64,000 bases of DNA from Nitrospinota bacterium. Its GTDB lineage: Bacteria > Nitrospinota_A > UBA7883. Below the pieces are notes generated by a model. The model searched no databases. It saw only the letters and a program-made list of their open reading frames with translations, and had not been told where the DNA came from. Shown here piece by piece: positions 27,112 through 36,735 of the stretch (the stretch's first letter is position 1; every line of letters begins with the position of its first letter). The translations under genes and the position numbers were made by a program. The stretch lies in assembly GCA_965223725.1 (NCBI GenBank), contig CBDCXE010000005.1, positions 39,268 to 103,267 on the forward strand. The letters are read 5' to 3'.

Positions 27112-27897
27112 CTATTCCAACGACGAACAGTTTTCCTTTGCTATTGCCACCGTTATTCCGTTGTATTTCGTTTTGCGTAGTATTAATTTTGTTCTCCTTC
27201 CAGACAGTAACGCAGCCGGCTCCGCCACGGCGGGCAGGCCGACCGATTTCTTTACAAATTCAGAATCGGAAAATTCCCTGTTCGATGCAAGGATCTCTTC
27301 CGACTGTATGAACCGGGCGGGGATTTCCAAACTCTCCGCCGCTTCCAGCAATCCGGTTTCATTCTTTTTGACATCGGCTGATGCGATATAACGCACCTTG
27401 TCGATATCGATCCCGGTCACTTTCAACGCATCCTTTATTGCGTATAATATTTCATTTTTACTTTTGCCTTTACGGCAGCCGACCCCCACGATAATGTTTT
27501 TCACAGCCTCGGTGGTGGTGGTGATCACAGGCTCCGCCCCCAGCGCGTTGGAGACTTTTACGGCGAGGTCGTTGGCGCCCCCTTCATGGCCGCTGAGCAG
27601 GCTGACGACATGCCGAGCGCCCACATCGAGGACCAGCACCGCCGGGTCAGACTTTTTGCTTTTCACCAGCCCGGCGATGGCGCGCACCACCGCCCCGCAT
27701 GGCGCCGCGAAGACCAGCCCGTCATACTTGTCGAACGAATCCACAACCACCGGGACGACTTTATCGAACCGCTCGGCGTCCTCGTATTCGCCATCGACCA
27801 CGTTGCTGACAAACAGTTTCGCCTCCGGCATCGCCCTTTTCACCTGGCGCAGGGCGGCGGCGCCTTCCTTTGACAACGTTATGAGAGCTACTTTCAT
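27112..27897 (-). CDS. cbiG: cobalt-precorrin-5A hydrolase
   Basis: Typical CbiG length and motifs (VGVGCRKG...; LLSGHEGGAN), placed between cbiF and cbiH. Confidence 0.8.
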   Translation of the reverse strand: MKVALITLSKEGAAALRQVKRAMPEAKLFVSNVVDGEYEDAERFDKVVPVVVDSFDKYDGLVFAAPCGAVVRAIAGLVKSKKSDPAVLVLDVGARHVVSLLSGHEGGANDLAVKVSNALGAEPVITTTTEAVKNIIVGVGCRKGKSKNEILYAIKDALKVTGIDIDKVRYIASADVKKNETGLLEAAESLEIPARFIQSEEILASNREFSDSEFVKKSVGLPAVAEPAALLSGRRTKLILRKTKYNGITVAIAKENCSSLE

Positions 27898-28652
27898 TTT
27901 GCCGCGCTGTGCCTGTATTCGTGGGAAAAATTCTTGTCATACAACATAGAGAATGTGCTCTCGTCCCCCAGGGCATGGCCGACGATGATCATGGCGGTTT
28001 TCCTTATCCCGGCCGCCTCGACCTGGTCGGCGATGTCCTCCAGGGTTCCTCGAAAAATCTGCTGGTCCGGCCAGGTGGCGCGGTATACCACCGCGATGGG
28101 GCAGTCGGCGCCGTAATCCTCCGCCAGTGTCACCGCCATCTCCCGTATCTTGGTCACCGACAAAAAGATGCACATGGTCGATTGCGACTTGGCCAGCGCA
28201 TCGATGCTCTGCTTCTCCGGTGTCGGCGTGCGCCCGGCGGCCCTGGTCAGGATGATGGTCTGCGATATTTCCGGCGCGGTCAGCTCCAGGTTCAACGCCG
28301 CCGCCGCGCCCTGGAACGAGCTGACGCCCGGCACGGTCTCGTACTCTACACCCATTTCGTCGAACTTGAATATCTGCTCCCGGATGGCGCCATAGATCGA
28401 CGGGTCGCCGGTATGGAGGCGCGCCACATCCTGCTCATTTTCCTTCGCCGATTTCACGACCTCGACAATGTCGTCCAGCGACATCTCGGCGGAGTTATGC
28501 AGCTCGGTCCCCTTCGGCACGGTGTTCATCACATGATCGCTGACCAGCGAGCCTGCGTATATACATACAGGGCACGATTCCAGCAGACGTTTGGCCTTTA
28601 GTGTCAGCAGCTCCGGGTCGCCCGGCCCGGCGCCTATAAAATATACTTTCAC
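27894..28652 (-). CDS. cbiF: cobalt-precorrin-4 C11-methyltransferase
   Basis: MKVYFIGAGPGDPELLTLKA...LHTGDPSIYGA...VPGVSSF. Confidence 0.85.
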   Translation of the reverse strand: MKVYFIGAGPGDPELLTLKAKRLLESCPVCIYAGSLVSDHVMNTVPKGTELHNSAEMSLDDIVEVVKSAKENEQDVARLHTGDPSIYGAIREQIFKFDEMGVEYETVPGVSSFQGAAAALNLELTAPEISQTIILTRAAGRTPTPEKQSIDALAKSQSTMCIFLSVTKIREMAVTLAEDYGADCPIAVVYRATWPDQQIFRGTLEDIADQVEAAGIRKTAMIIVGHALGDESTFSMLYDKNFSHEYRHSAAK

Positions 28653-29377
28653 TGTTGATACCCTTTCGTATGAAGCAAAATTGTGGAGAGATACCCCTTG
28701 GTCTCCTCCGCGCCCATCAGCGCTCGCAGGTCGGTCTCGATGATCTGGCGCTCTTCCATCCCGGCGCCCGCCACGAACACGGCGTCGTCGATCACGTTCA
28801 TATTGTCCAGCAGCTCCAGGATCGGTTGCAGACGTTTGCCGACTTTCATTATCACCACGGAACCGCCAGTTTTAATCGCGTCCTCGATATCCTGCAGATC
28901 GTCGGAGCTGGGCACGATGGTCACCAGCTCTTTGCCTTCACCCACGGGGAAATTGGTCAGCGCCGCCACAGCCGCCAGCGCCATGACACCGGGGATGGTG
29001 ACCACCTTCGCCTCCGGCAGGATCAGCATCAGCTCCCGCACCAGATATATGTATGTGGAATAGAGGAGTGAATCGCCCAATGTAATGAAACAGACGCTTT
29101 TCCCTTCGCGCAAGACCTCCGCCACCTGGGTCGCGGAGTCGATCCATTTTTTCCGCAGTTCGGTTTTCTCGGTGACCATGGGGAACACCAGCTCCCGCAC
29201 TTCTGTTTGGTCCCCGACATATCGTTTGACGATCTCGTACGCCACGCTTTCCGACTTTATCCTCGCCTTCGGCACGAACAGGCAGTCGCACTCCGAGATC
29301 AGCCTTGCCCCCTTCACCGTGATCAGCTCCGGGTCGCCCGGGCCGACGCCTATGCCGTATAATGTTCCAATGCTCAA
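28649..29377 (-). CDS. cbiL: cobalt-factor II (precorrin-2) C20-methyltransferase
   Basis: GTLYGIGVGPGDPELITVKG...FITLGDSLLYSTY...IPGV, with operon position between cbiE and cbiF. Confidence 0.8.
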   Translation of the reverse strand: MSIGTLYGIGVGPGDPELITVKGARLISECDCLFVPKARIKSESVAYEIVKRYVGDQTEVRELVFPMVTEKTELRKKWIDSATQVAEVLREGKSVCFITLGDSLLYSTYIYLVRELMLILPEAKVVTIPGVMALAAVAALTNFPVGEGKELVTIVPSSDDLQDIEDAIKTGGSVVIMKVGKRLQPILELLDNMNVIDDAVFVAGAGMEERQIIETDLRALMGAEETKGYLSTILLHTKGYQQ

Positions 29378-30018
29378 TTGATATGCTCCTTTCTTACCAA
29401 AACCGCGATAGCCATCGACTCGGTCTCCACCTTGTCAAACTGATCGACGGTCAGTTTTCTAACCTTTTCGTTCTCCAGACTCAGGTTTTCACACAAATAC
29501 AGAACCCAATCGCCTTTTAATTTATTTGCAAACCCCACCACCCAGTCCTGCGACCTTTTTGTACCTAATAGCACCGCTATTTTGGTTATGGTGTCGTCCG
29601 GTTCGGTCACTTTTTCCGGGTCCTTGGAATGTGCGCTTATTATCATCGCGTCGTTCCAGCTCTGGCCCAGCGCGGCAAACGCGGCCTGGATAGAGCTGAT
29701 ACCCGGTATGATCCTGCACTGCTCAATACCAAACTTTTTAACCACCAGTTTCGCCACGCTGAATATCCCCGGGTCGCCGGAGACCAGCACGGCCACCTTT
29801 CCTTTGCCCCGGTTTTTTTCTATGAACTCGATGGCCGCCTCGGTATTGGCGCCGCTGTTTAGTGTTACTGCGTCGGTATTTCCAGCCATCTCCAGCAACC
29901 GCCGGGAGCCGACGATGTAATCGGCGGTTTCAATCGCCTCCGTCGCCGCCTGTGTCATCAATCCGGTGGCGCCAGGGCCGCATCCGACGATTGTTATCTT
30001 ATCCATCAACCGCTCCAC
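29374..30018 (-). CDS. cbiE: cobalt-precorrin-7 C5-methyltransferase (CbiE only, no fused CbiT domain)
   Basis: ITIVGCGPGATGLMTQAA...VSGDPGIFS...IPGISS. At 214 aa it is too short for a CbiET fusion. An alternative start lies at 30006. Confidence 0.8.
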   Translation of the reverse strand: MERLMDKITIVGCGPGATGLMTQAATEAIETADYIVGSRRLLEMAGNTDAVTLNSGANTEAAIEFIEKNRGKGKVAVLVSGDPGIFSVAKLVVKKFGIEQCRIIPGISSIQAAFAALGQSWNDAMIISAHSKDPEKVTEPDDTITKIAVLLGTKRSQDWVVGFANKLKGDWVLYLCENLSLENEKVRKLTVDQFDKVETESMAIAVLVRKEHIN

Positions 30019-31070
30019 CGCGACAGGTCGCCATGGGCGCCGACTATTTTCGAAACCATGTTAATCAACACCACCGACACCGGTATATCGCGGCCGACTT
30101 TACGCCCGATCGCTTCGGCTATCCGTTTCGACGCCAGGTCGCCCAACGCCTTGCCCTGCCGCTCATCGATCACAGAAAATATCTCTTCCACCGTATTGTC
30201 CGCATCCGGCCGGAACCCGAGCGCCTCTTCCGCCGTCTCCAGAAATATCGGCACGGCGCTGGTCGAGTTTTTCGAATGGGTGTCCCACTGGCCGGTGATC
30301 AGCTTGCCCAGCTTGCCAGGGTGGCCCACCGCCAGTATCGCCTCCAGCTTTTTCACCGGCTCCGAGTCCATGATGAACCCCCATTCATTGCCGATCTCGA
30401 CCACCGTTTCTTTTTTGATTTTCAAGGTCTCGATGGCCGCCTTCGTCCCGATGTTCCCCGGAGTGAAGACCGGCGCCCTGACCCCCGCCGCCAACGCCAC
30501 GTTCAGCAGGCACATGATCGATTGGCGAATCGCATCGCAACTGTATGGTCGGACAATGCCTGTGGTGCCCAGTATGGACAGGCCCCCTTCCACGCCCAGC
30601 TTCGGGTTAAATGTTTTCTGCGCCAGCTTTTCGCCGCCGGGGATAGAGACCCGCACAACCAGGGGAATATCCGTTACCTCTCGAACAGCTTCGGTGATCA
30701 TCCGTCTTGGACCCGGGTTGATGGCCGGTTCGCCCACCGGAACAGATAGGCCGGCCCGCATTACCGTTCCCACTCCTTCGCCAGCCTCGAATTGTACTTC
30801 GCCTCGATCCGTCATAAATACATCGGCGAAAACGCTGGAACCATGGGTGATATCCGGGTCATCGCCCGCGTCCTTAATGACAGCGGCTCGCGCTCCATTT
30901 TCAATTTTTTCACCCTCCTCCACTTTCATCCGCGCCCGGTCGCCGTTGGCCAGGGTGATCTCTACATATTCCGGGAGGTCATCGCCGGTGATCAGGCAGG
31001 CCGCAGCTTTAGCGGCAACAGCCGCGCAAGCGCCTGTAGTGTAGCCGGATTTCAGGTTTTCTTTTTTCAT
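30006..31070 (-). CDS. cbiD: cobalt-precorrin-5B C1-methyltransferase
   Basis: LKSGYTTGACAAVAAKAA at the N-terminus and GTTGIV.P motif; ~354 aa. Confidence 0.85.
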   Translation of the reverse strand: MKKENLKSGYTTGACAAVAAKAAACLITGDDLPEYVEITLANGDRARMKVEEGEKIENGARAAVIKDAGDDPDITHGSSVFADVFMTDRGEVQFEAGEGVGTVMRAGLSVPVGEPAINPGPRRMITEAVREVTDIPLVVRVSIPGGEKLAQKTFNPKLGVEGGLSILGTTGIVRPYSCDAIRQSIMCLLNVALAAGVRAPVFTPGNIGTKAAIETLKIKKETVVEIGNEWGFIMDSEPVKKLEAILAVGHPGKLGKLITGQWDTHSKNSTSAVPIFLETAEEALGFRPDADNTVEEIFSVIDERQGKALGDLASKRIAEAIGRKVGRDIPVSVVLINMVSKIVGAHGDLSRWSG

Positions 31071-31969
31071 AGCACAGTCTCGTCGAATGGCTTGGCCAGA
31101 ATTTCTTCTGGTATCAGCTCCAGCATGCGTTTCCTGGCCTCGCCGATGGTCAGCGGCAGGCCGTTTATGGGGACGCCATCGTAATGCTTCATCTCGTGCA
31201 GCAGCGATGATATGTATGGGAGGCGAAGGCTGGCCTGCTGTAACATCTCCTGATCGCAGAAGATTTCTTCCGCATCGCCGTTTTTCAGTATGGCGCCGTT
31301 TTTAAGCACGAAAATATGATCAGCGAACAGCGGAAGTGTATCGATGGAATGGGTGGCCAGGACAACGGTGACGCCAAGGTTTTTGTTGAGCTGACTGAGC
31401 AGTGTCATCATCATATCTTCACCGTGAGGGTCGAGTCCGGCGGTCGGCTCATCCAGGATCAGGATCGAAGGCTCCATAGCCAGGATGCCGGCGAGGCATA
31501 CCCGTTTTTTCTCACCAAAACTGAGGTGATGTATTGCGCGGCCCTTCAGCTTCAACGCGCCCACATGATCCAGCGCTTGATTAACCCTATCGTTTATTTC
31601 GCTATCTGGCAGGTCCATGTTCCGCGGCCCAAACGCCACATCCTCCGCCACGGTAGGTGCGAATAACTGTTCATCCGGGTTCTGAAATACTATACCCATT
31701 TTGGAATACAGCTTTTTCGGTTCTATATTTTGCAGGTACTCTTTATCGATCAACACATCGCCCCGGCTGGGCTGAACCAGGCCGCTGATATTTTTTATCA
31801 ACGTGGTTTTGCCCGATCCGTTGGACGCAAGTAGCGCCACAAACTCCCCTTTATGAATCTTCATGTCGATATCGAACAGCGCCTGACTCCCCTCCTGGTA
31901 TGTGAAGCAGAGCCCTCTGGTTTCTACGATTATTTCTGTTTGGTCACGCAAGTCTATATACCCTCGCAA
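31067..31969 (-). CDS. cbiO: cobalt ECF transporter ATPase
   Basis: Walker A (ASNGSGKTT), the ABC signature LSFGEKKR and Walker B (ILILDEPTAGLD), adjacent to cbiQ. Confidence 0.85.
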   Translation of the reverse strand: MRGYIDLRDQTEIIVETRGLCFTYQEGSQALFDIDMKIHKGEFVALLASNGSGKTTLIKNISGLVQPSRGDVLIDKEYLQNIEPKKLYSKMGIVFQNPDEQLFAPTVAEDVAFGPRNMDLPDSEINDRVNQALDHVGALKLKGRAIHHLSFGEKKRVCLAGILAMEPSILILDEPTAGLDPHGEDMMMTLLSQLNKNLGVTVVLATHSIDTLPLFADHIFVLKNGAILKNGDAEEIFCDQEMLQQASLRLPYISSLLHEMKHYDGVPINGLPLTIGEARKRMLELIPEEILAKPFDETVL

Positions 31970-32727
31970 ATAATAAATGTGGCCACCAGGGTGAACGCCA
32001 TAACTGCAACTATGGATACCCGTTTTGCGCCCAGCGGCTTCATCGGGTCGAAATGAATCTTCCCGTTAAACCCACGGGCAGTCATCGCCTGCGAAGCGCT
32101 GCAAGCCTTGTCGTAAGCGATCAGAAAAGAGCCACCAACAACAGAGCCAGACGATGAAACTGAACGCTTTAAAGTGGAGTAGCCAAGCCTCACCTTTTGC
32201 GCAAGGCACATGCTGATAACTGTGTCCAACAGCTCAAATGTATATCTGTAAATCAGCATGGCCACTTCAATCCAGCCGTGGGGCAAACGGAACCATTTAA
32301 GCGACCGGAATATCTGATGCGCTGGAGTGGTGACACTTAAAAGCTGCAAGGCGGAAAGAGCGCCCAGCATCCTGGCGGCGATAGCCAGACCTTCGATCAC
32401 ACCTTCGCGGGATGCGGTCAACGTCCATAAAAACAGTTCATACGTTGCCACCGGTTCACCCACCGTAACAAAACTTTTAATAGCAAATATAACCAAAGCC
32501 GCGCCAAGCGGCAGAGTAAGCCGCGCCATCACAAACCGAAACGGCACACCAATGGCAATGGTCAGGCTTGCGCTTAAAATGAACAGAACCAGGGGAAAAA
32601 TCAGGGTATGGGACATTATGGCAAGCGTCATGGCAGTAGCTGTGATCATGATCTTGACCCTGGGGTCAACCCTGGTCAAAGCATTATCCCTGATTGTAAA
32701 AATATCGGTAAATATATCCGATATCAT
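31954..32727 (-). CDS. cbiQ: cobalt ECF transporter T component
   Basis: Polytopic membrane protein of CbiQ length, with the ARG-containing loop (SQAMTARGF) typical of ECF T components. Confidence 0.8.
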   Translation of the reverse strand: MISDIFTDIFTIRDNALTRVDPRVKIMITATAMTLAIMSHTLIFPLVLFILSASLTIAIGVPFRFVMARLTLPLGAALVIFAIKSFVTVGEPVATYELFLWTLTASREGVIEGLAIAARMLGALSALQLLSVTTPAHQIFRSLKWFRLPHGWIEVAMLIYRYTFELLDTVISMCLAQKVRLGYSTLKRSVSSSGSVVGGSFLIAYDKACSASQAMTARGFNGKIHFDPMKPLGAKRVSIVAVMAFTLVATFIICEGI

Positions 32728-33014
32728 CTGCCCAGTTCCCCTGGCTCTGTATCACTATTCGATGTAAAAAGCTTGTGGAAGTAGAAACCAAGCACAAAAC
32801 CACCCAACGCGCCTGCCAAAAGGAAAGCGAACAACAGAAGGTCCCCCTGCGCAACATTTATGTATGGATCGGCAGGTGGTCGGCCAGCTTCCTCGGCGAT
32901 CTTGCCGACGATCGTCTCGTCTATTCCACCCCATTCCGCCTCATGGCTATAGAAGACCATCATTAAGACCCAGCTTAAAGCCAGGGCCAACACGAAATAT
33001 ACAGCTTTTTTCAT
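32724..33014 (-). CDS. cbiN: cobalt transport protein CbiN
   Basis: 96 aa with two TM helices and the EAEWGG..D...I motif, placed between cbiM and cbiQ. Confidence 0.8.
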   Translation of the reverse strand: MKKAVYFVLALALSWVLMMVFYSHEAEWGGIDETIVGKIAEEAGRPPADPYINVAQGDLLLFAFLLAGALGGFVLGFYFHKLFTSNSDTEPGELGR

Positions 33015-33742
33015 TCTGGCCTCCCTTGCGGCGCCATCGCCAGCAGAGTCGGCCGCCGATGCAATATGAATCCATATGCTTTCATGGTCACAAAACCTTC
33101 CAGCAAGCCCAATGGAAGCTGGGTCGGTACAAACGCCGCCATGATGCCAAGGAGCATGGTTGTAAATTCACCCTCTTGCGCCAGACCGAGGGCCAGGAAT
33201 AGCGAAGTGCCGAAATATGTGGCCCAGTCGGAGACTACGCCCGCCAGAAACGCGCCCACCTGCCACGACGCGCCAAAGCGTAGCGCTAGCTTGTATGCCG
33301 CATACCCGGAGAATGCGCCCAGCACACCCATCGATAATACATTGGCGCCAATAGTGGTAACCCCGCCATGCGCCAGGAACAGCGCCTGCAACATCAGCGT
33401 GACACTGCTGATCAATGCCGTCAGCGCAGGACCCAACAGAATGGCGCCAAGCCCAACACCGCATGGATGAGCGGTGGTGCCGGCAATAGGGACCGGTATC
33501 GGCATGCATGAAATTATGAATATGGCCGACCCCACCAGCGCCACCATCGGCTTGAAAGATTGCAGACTTGCGCTTTTTTTGTTTAGCTCCCAGATGCCCA
33601 TAGCCACGAATGGGATAGCAAGCACAATCCATAACGCCGCCCAAGACGCAGGCAGGATACCTTCTGTTATATGCATGGCTAGCGCATTGTTTGGCGATAG
33701 GGTGACTATCGCTACAGCGCAGGCCGCAATGTAATATCTCAC
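33011..33742 (-). CDS. cbiM: cobalt ECF transporter substrate-capture component CbiM
   Basis: Signal peptide followed by MHITEGILP, the processed N-terminal Met-His metal-binding end of CbiM/NikM. Confidence 0.9.
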   Translation of the reverse strand: MRYYIAACAVAIVTLSPNNALAMHITEGILPASWAALWIVLAIPFVAMGIWELNKKSASLQSFKPMVALVGSAIFIISCMPIPVPIAGTTAHPCGVGLGAILLGPALTALISSVTLMLQALFLAHGGVTTIGANVLSMGVLGAFSGYAAYKLALRFGASWQVGAFLAGVVSDWATYFGTSLFLALGLAQEGEFTTMLLGIMAAFVPTQLPLGLLEGFVTMKAYGFILHRRPTLLAMAPQGRPE

Positions 33743-33756
33743 TGCTCTCTCCTTAT

Positions 33757-34278
33757 TTATGTTTTTGCAGGTTGTGATTGCTGCGCCTCTCGATATCTCT
33801 TTGCCTCATCCGGAGTCATGGCCACAAATTCTTTCTCGCCCATGGGCAGCGGGAAAGACTCTTTCGGCGGCAGCGCCACATCCCTTATATCTTCCAGGCC
33901 TTCAGATTCATTGATTCTTTTCTCCACCAGGTCGATCAGGCTGTCGTCGAAGCCTAGGTGCGGTCCGAACACAATATTTACACCAGGATATTTGTCCGCT
34001 TCCCTTTTCATCATTGTGGGGATATCGAGCCGCATATGAAGCCCCACATGCAGAAAGTATGGGATCAACAGCACCCGGGTCGCGCCTTGCTTGACGCACT
34101 TTTTCAATGTATCCGCGAAAAATGGAGGGTTGCGCGACATATAACAGGTCTCTACGATGTCATAATCATCTTTTTCTCTCAACACATCCGCCACTTTCAC
34201 CATACTCGACGCGGCGGCAGGCACCCTGCTGCCATGGCCCAGCAGAATGATGGCGTTTTTCCGAGTTTTATTACTCAT
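33757..34278 (-). CDS. cbiX: sirohydrochlorin cobaltochelatase, CbiX type
   Basis: AIILLGHGSR... and LLIPYFLHVGLH motifs of class II chelatase CbiX, plus a ~40-aa C-terminal tail. Confidence 0.8.
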   Translation of the reverse strand: MSNKTRKNAIILLGHGSRVPAAASSMVKVADVLREKDDYDIVETCYMSRNPPFFADTLKKCVKQGATRVLLIPYFLHVGLHMRLDIPTMMKREADKYPGVNIVFGPHLGFDDSLIDLVEKRINESEGLEDIRDVALPPKESFPLPMGEKEFVAMTPDEAKRYREAQQSQPAKT

Positions 34279-34290
34279 TGTCCCGTCCTT

Positions 34291-34995
34291 TCAGTTTCCA
34301 TTAGCGATAGCGCAGAGCGAATGCAGGATGCTAACAGCGATGGGGCTGCCACCCCGTCTTCCAGCAATCGATATATATGGCGCGCCGGAGGCCATCAGCT
34401 CTTCCTTGCTCTCCACCACGTGCACGAACCCGACCGGGACACCGATGATGGCCGCCGGTCGAATGTTTTCTTCCACGATCATTCTATTGATTTCCATCAG
34501 AGCCACCGGCGCGTTGCCGATGAGGGCGATGCCGCCGTCGATGATGTTCTTCGCCTTGCGCGCGGCGAACAGCGAGCGGGGCAGCTTTGCGGCTTTTGCT
34601 TCTTCCGCCACATCCTTGTCGGCGATATGGCTGATGACGTCCGCATCCTTGGAATAGTCGCCATTTACGGCCCTCAGCCGGACCTCCGACACGCCCGCCC
34701 GGATCATGTTTGAATCGACATATATGGAACATTTGTTCCGAAGCGCCGCCGAGGCGGACTCCATGACATCGCTGGAGAATTTAATATCTTTCAACAACGT
34801 AAAATCGGCTGTGGTGTGAATAATCCTGCGGGCAACGATCCATTGATCAGGAGTAAACCCCTGGCTATCCGCTTCGTCATCGATAGCCTGAAAAGATCTT
34901 GACTCGATTTCTTCTCCGCTTATCGGATTTTCCATCAGGTTATGCACATGGGGTCTTGAGCCGTTGCTCTTGTCTGTCATTGTTTGTTCGTTCAT
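34291..34995 (-). CDS. cbiC: cobalt-precorrin-8 methylmutase
   Basis: IE.RSF..ID, IIHTTADF and GNAPVAL motifs. The ATG at 34995 overlaps the cbiA stop (ATGA). Confidence 0.85.
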   Translation of the reverse strand: MNEQTMTDKSNGSRPHVHNLMENPISGEEIESRSFQAIDDEADSQGFTPDQWIVARRIIHTTADFTLLKDIKFSSDVMESASAALRNKCSIYVDSNMIRAGVSEVRLRAVNGDYSKDADVISHIADKDVAEEAKAAKLPRSLFAARKAKNIIDGGIALIGNAPVALMEINRMIVEENIRPAAIIGVPVGFVHVVESKEELMASGAPYISIAGRRGGSPIAVSILHSLCAIANGN

Positions 34996-36386
34996 GATTT
35001 CCTCGTTTCGATACATTTGCCCGCAAACCATTCCGCCGCTCCAGGTTTCGAGGCGAAATGCAGGTGAGCGTAACTGATTAGAGCCGAGCCTTTTTGATAG
35101 CCCTCGACCTGGGTTTTCCCTGTTCTGGGACGCGTGAGCGTGTAGACTGTATCCCAGTCCGGATCACTCTCTGGCGCGTCCAGTAAAAATGAATAATGAA
35201 ATTTGTGGCCGCGTAGCTTGACGCCTCGCTGGCCGAATAAAGAATCGTTTTTCAACTCCGCTTCCACATATCCAAGAGAGCTGAATTTATCCGACATTTT
35301 GCACCAGGAGGGCAAGACGCCAGCAAACGGGTGGCGCCTTCCTTCCAGGTCTTCCACACCCTGGGACATGTAAATCAGCCCGCCACACTCCGCATAGATC
35401 GGCCGACCTGATTTGTAAAAACCGTTTATCGAATCGATCATGCCCCGGTTCATGGCGAGCTCCTCCGGCATGGTTTCCGGATATCCGCCACCGAAATAGG
35501 CGGCGTCCAGCCCCTCTGGCAATTGATCGTCATTCAATGGGGAAAATCTGACGATCTCTATTCCCTGATCTTCCAGCGCGTGCAGGTTATCAGGGTAATA
35601 AAAATGAAATAACCTGTCGTAGGCGATGCCTAACCGCCCTTTTATACTATTACAAGGCTCTGTACGCTCATACTCCCCTGATGGGATCGATGGCGCGCTT
35701 TTGGCCATACTGATTAACTTTTCAAGGTTTACGCTTTGCTCGATAGCGTCCGCCAACTGGCCAAGGGCGTGTTCATCCAGCATTTCGGAGTTGGCGGTGA
35801 CAAGGCCAAGATGTCGCTTTTCAAGTTTCGGGAAGGCGCCTTTCAATATCCCGCCCATCAGCGGTGGCGCGTTGTTCATGGACAATACTTGTGCAAGAAG
35901 ATCGGCATGATTCTTTGACCCGCAATGGTTTGCGATTACCCCGCTTATGTTCACGTCTTGCTCGAAATTATCAAAACCAGTGGCAAGAGCCGCAAAGCTT
36001 CTGGCGACACCACCAGCGTTGGCCACCAATGCCACAGGCGCCTGCAGCCATTGGGCTATCTGAGCCGAGCTTCCATCCAACGAGTCAGGAGAGGATGAGT
36101 CGAACAGGCCCATGACCCCTTCGATTATAGCGATGTCGTATCCTGCTGTGGTTTGCTCGAATATTGTCTTTACATATTCCTGCCCCATCATCCAGCCATC
36201 CAGGTTGTAACAATCGTGACCAGACGCCAGCTTTAAATATGTAGGGTCGAGAAAGTCGGGGCCAACTTTGAACGCCCTCACTTTCAACCCGCGCCTTTTC
36301 AACGCGTGGACAAGCGCAAGGGTGACGCTGGTTTTGCCCACACCGCTGTGGGCGCCGCCGATAAGTAGCCTGGGGCATCTGATCAT
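34992..36386 (-). CDS. cbiA: cobyrinate a,c-diamide synthase
   Basis: PRLLIGGAHSGVGKTSVTLAL (P-loop) and a C-terminal glutamine amidotransferase region (YAECGGLIY). The ATG at 36386 has GGAG 10 nt upstream. The track extension to 36518 looks spurious. Confidence 0.85.
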   Translation of the reverse strand: MIRCPRLLIGGAHSGVGKTSVTLALVHALKRRGLKVRAFKVGPDFLDPTYLKLASGHDCYNLDGWMMGQEYVKTIFEQTTAGYDIAIIEGVMGLFDSSSPDSLDGSSAQIAQWLQAPVALVANAGGVARSFAALATGFDNFEQDVNISGVIANHCGSKNHADLLAQVLSMNNAPPLMGGILKGAFPKLEKRHLGLVTANSEMLDEHALGQLADAIEQSVNLEKLISMAKSAPSIPSGEYERTEPCNSIKGRLGIAYDRLFHFYYPDNLHALEDQGIEIVRFSPLNDDQLPEGLDAAYFGGGYPETMPEELAMNRGMIDSINGFYKSGRPIYAECGGLIYMSQGVEDLEGRRHPFAGVLPSWCKMSDKFSSLGYVEAELKNDSLFGQRGVKLRGHKFHYSFLLDAPESDPDWDTVYTLTRPRTGKTQVEGYQKGSALISYAHLHFASKPGAAEWFAGKCIETRKS

Positions 36387-36589
36387 ATGAGTATGCTCCA
36401 GCGGTGGAGAATGGGGGAAATGCCAATACAACAAAAAGCAGGATATGAAAAACAGAAAGAATGACCTGGGGCGGATATTGGCATCTTTATATCTCCTGGA
36501 TTCGTATAACGTTTCCAAGGATGCCGTATTTAATCCTTATTTACCGGGCAGCCGTAAAATCCGACGGCGCAACACGATACTATCTATAA

Positions 36590-36735
36590 AGTGAGTAAGT
36601 TTTCTGGCTTCCGGATTAATAACCTACTTACCGCGTCTTCCCATCCTATTAAAAGGACAGTGACTTTATGCGGTGTTCGTTCCCGGTTACAGCGGCGGTT
36701 CCGCAACGGTTTCTAACCGTTTTCCTTGACAGCTC
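36590..36735 (-). promoter_or_regulatory. cobalt/cobalamin operon leader: cobalamin (B12) riboswitch, copy 2
   Basis: Minus-strand RNA reads GGUUAGAAACCGUUGCGGAACCGCCGCUGUAACCGGGAACGA...CACUG...GGGAAGACGCGG...GAAGCCAGAAAACUUAC. The element order is the same as in copy 1 and the two align closely by eye. It lies about 200 nt upstream of cbiA. Confidence 0.85.

Noticed and set aside
29862-31044. 295-aa and 328-aa plus-strand ORFs opposite cbiD/cbiE, and similar ones opposite pnp, leuS (47730-48920), cbiJ and nifS
   Set aside because: They are shadow ORFs of confidently identified genes on the other strand. Their composition is skewed and no family resemblance is visible.
36387-36518. 44-codon N-terminal extension of cbiA (and the 52-codon extension of cbiJ at 26412-26567)
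   Set aside because: The extensions precede the conserved P-loop or N-terminal motifs. They lack SD sequences or overlap the upstream gene, whereas internal ATGs with SD or ATGA coupling give normal-length proteins.
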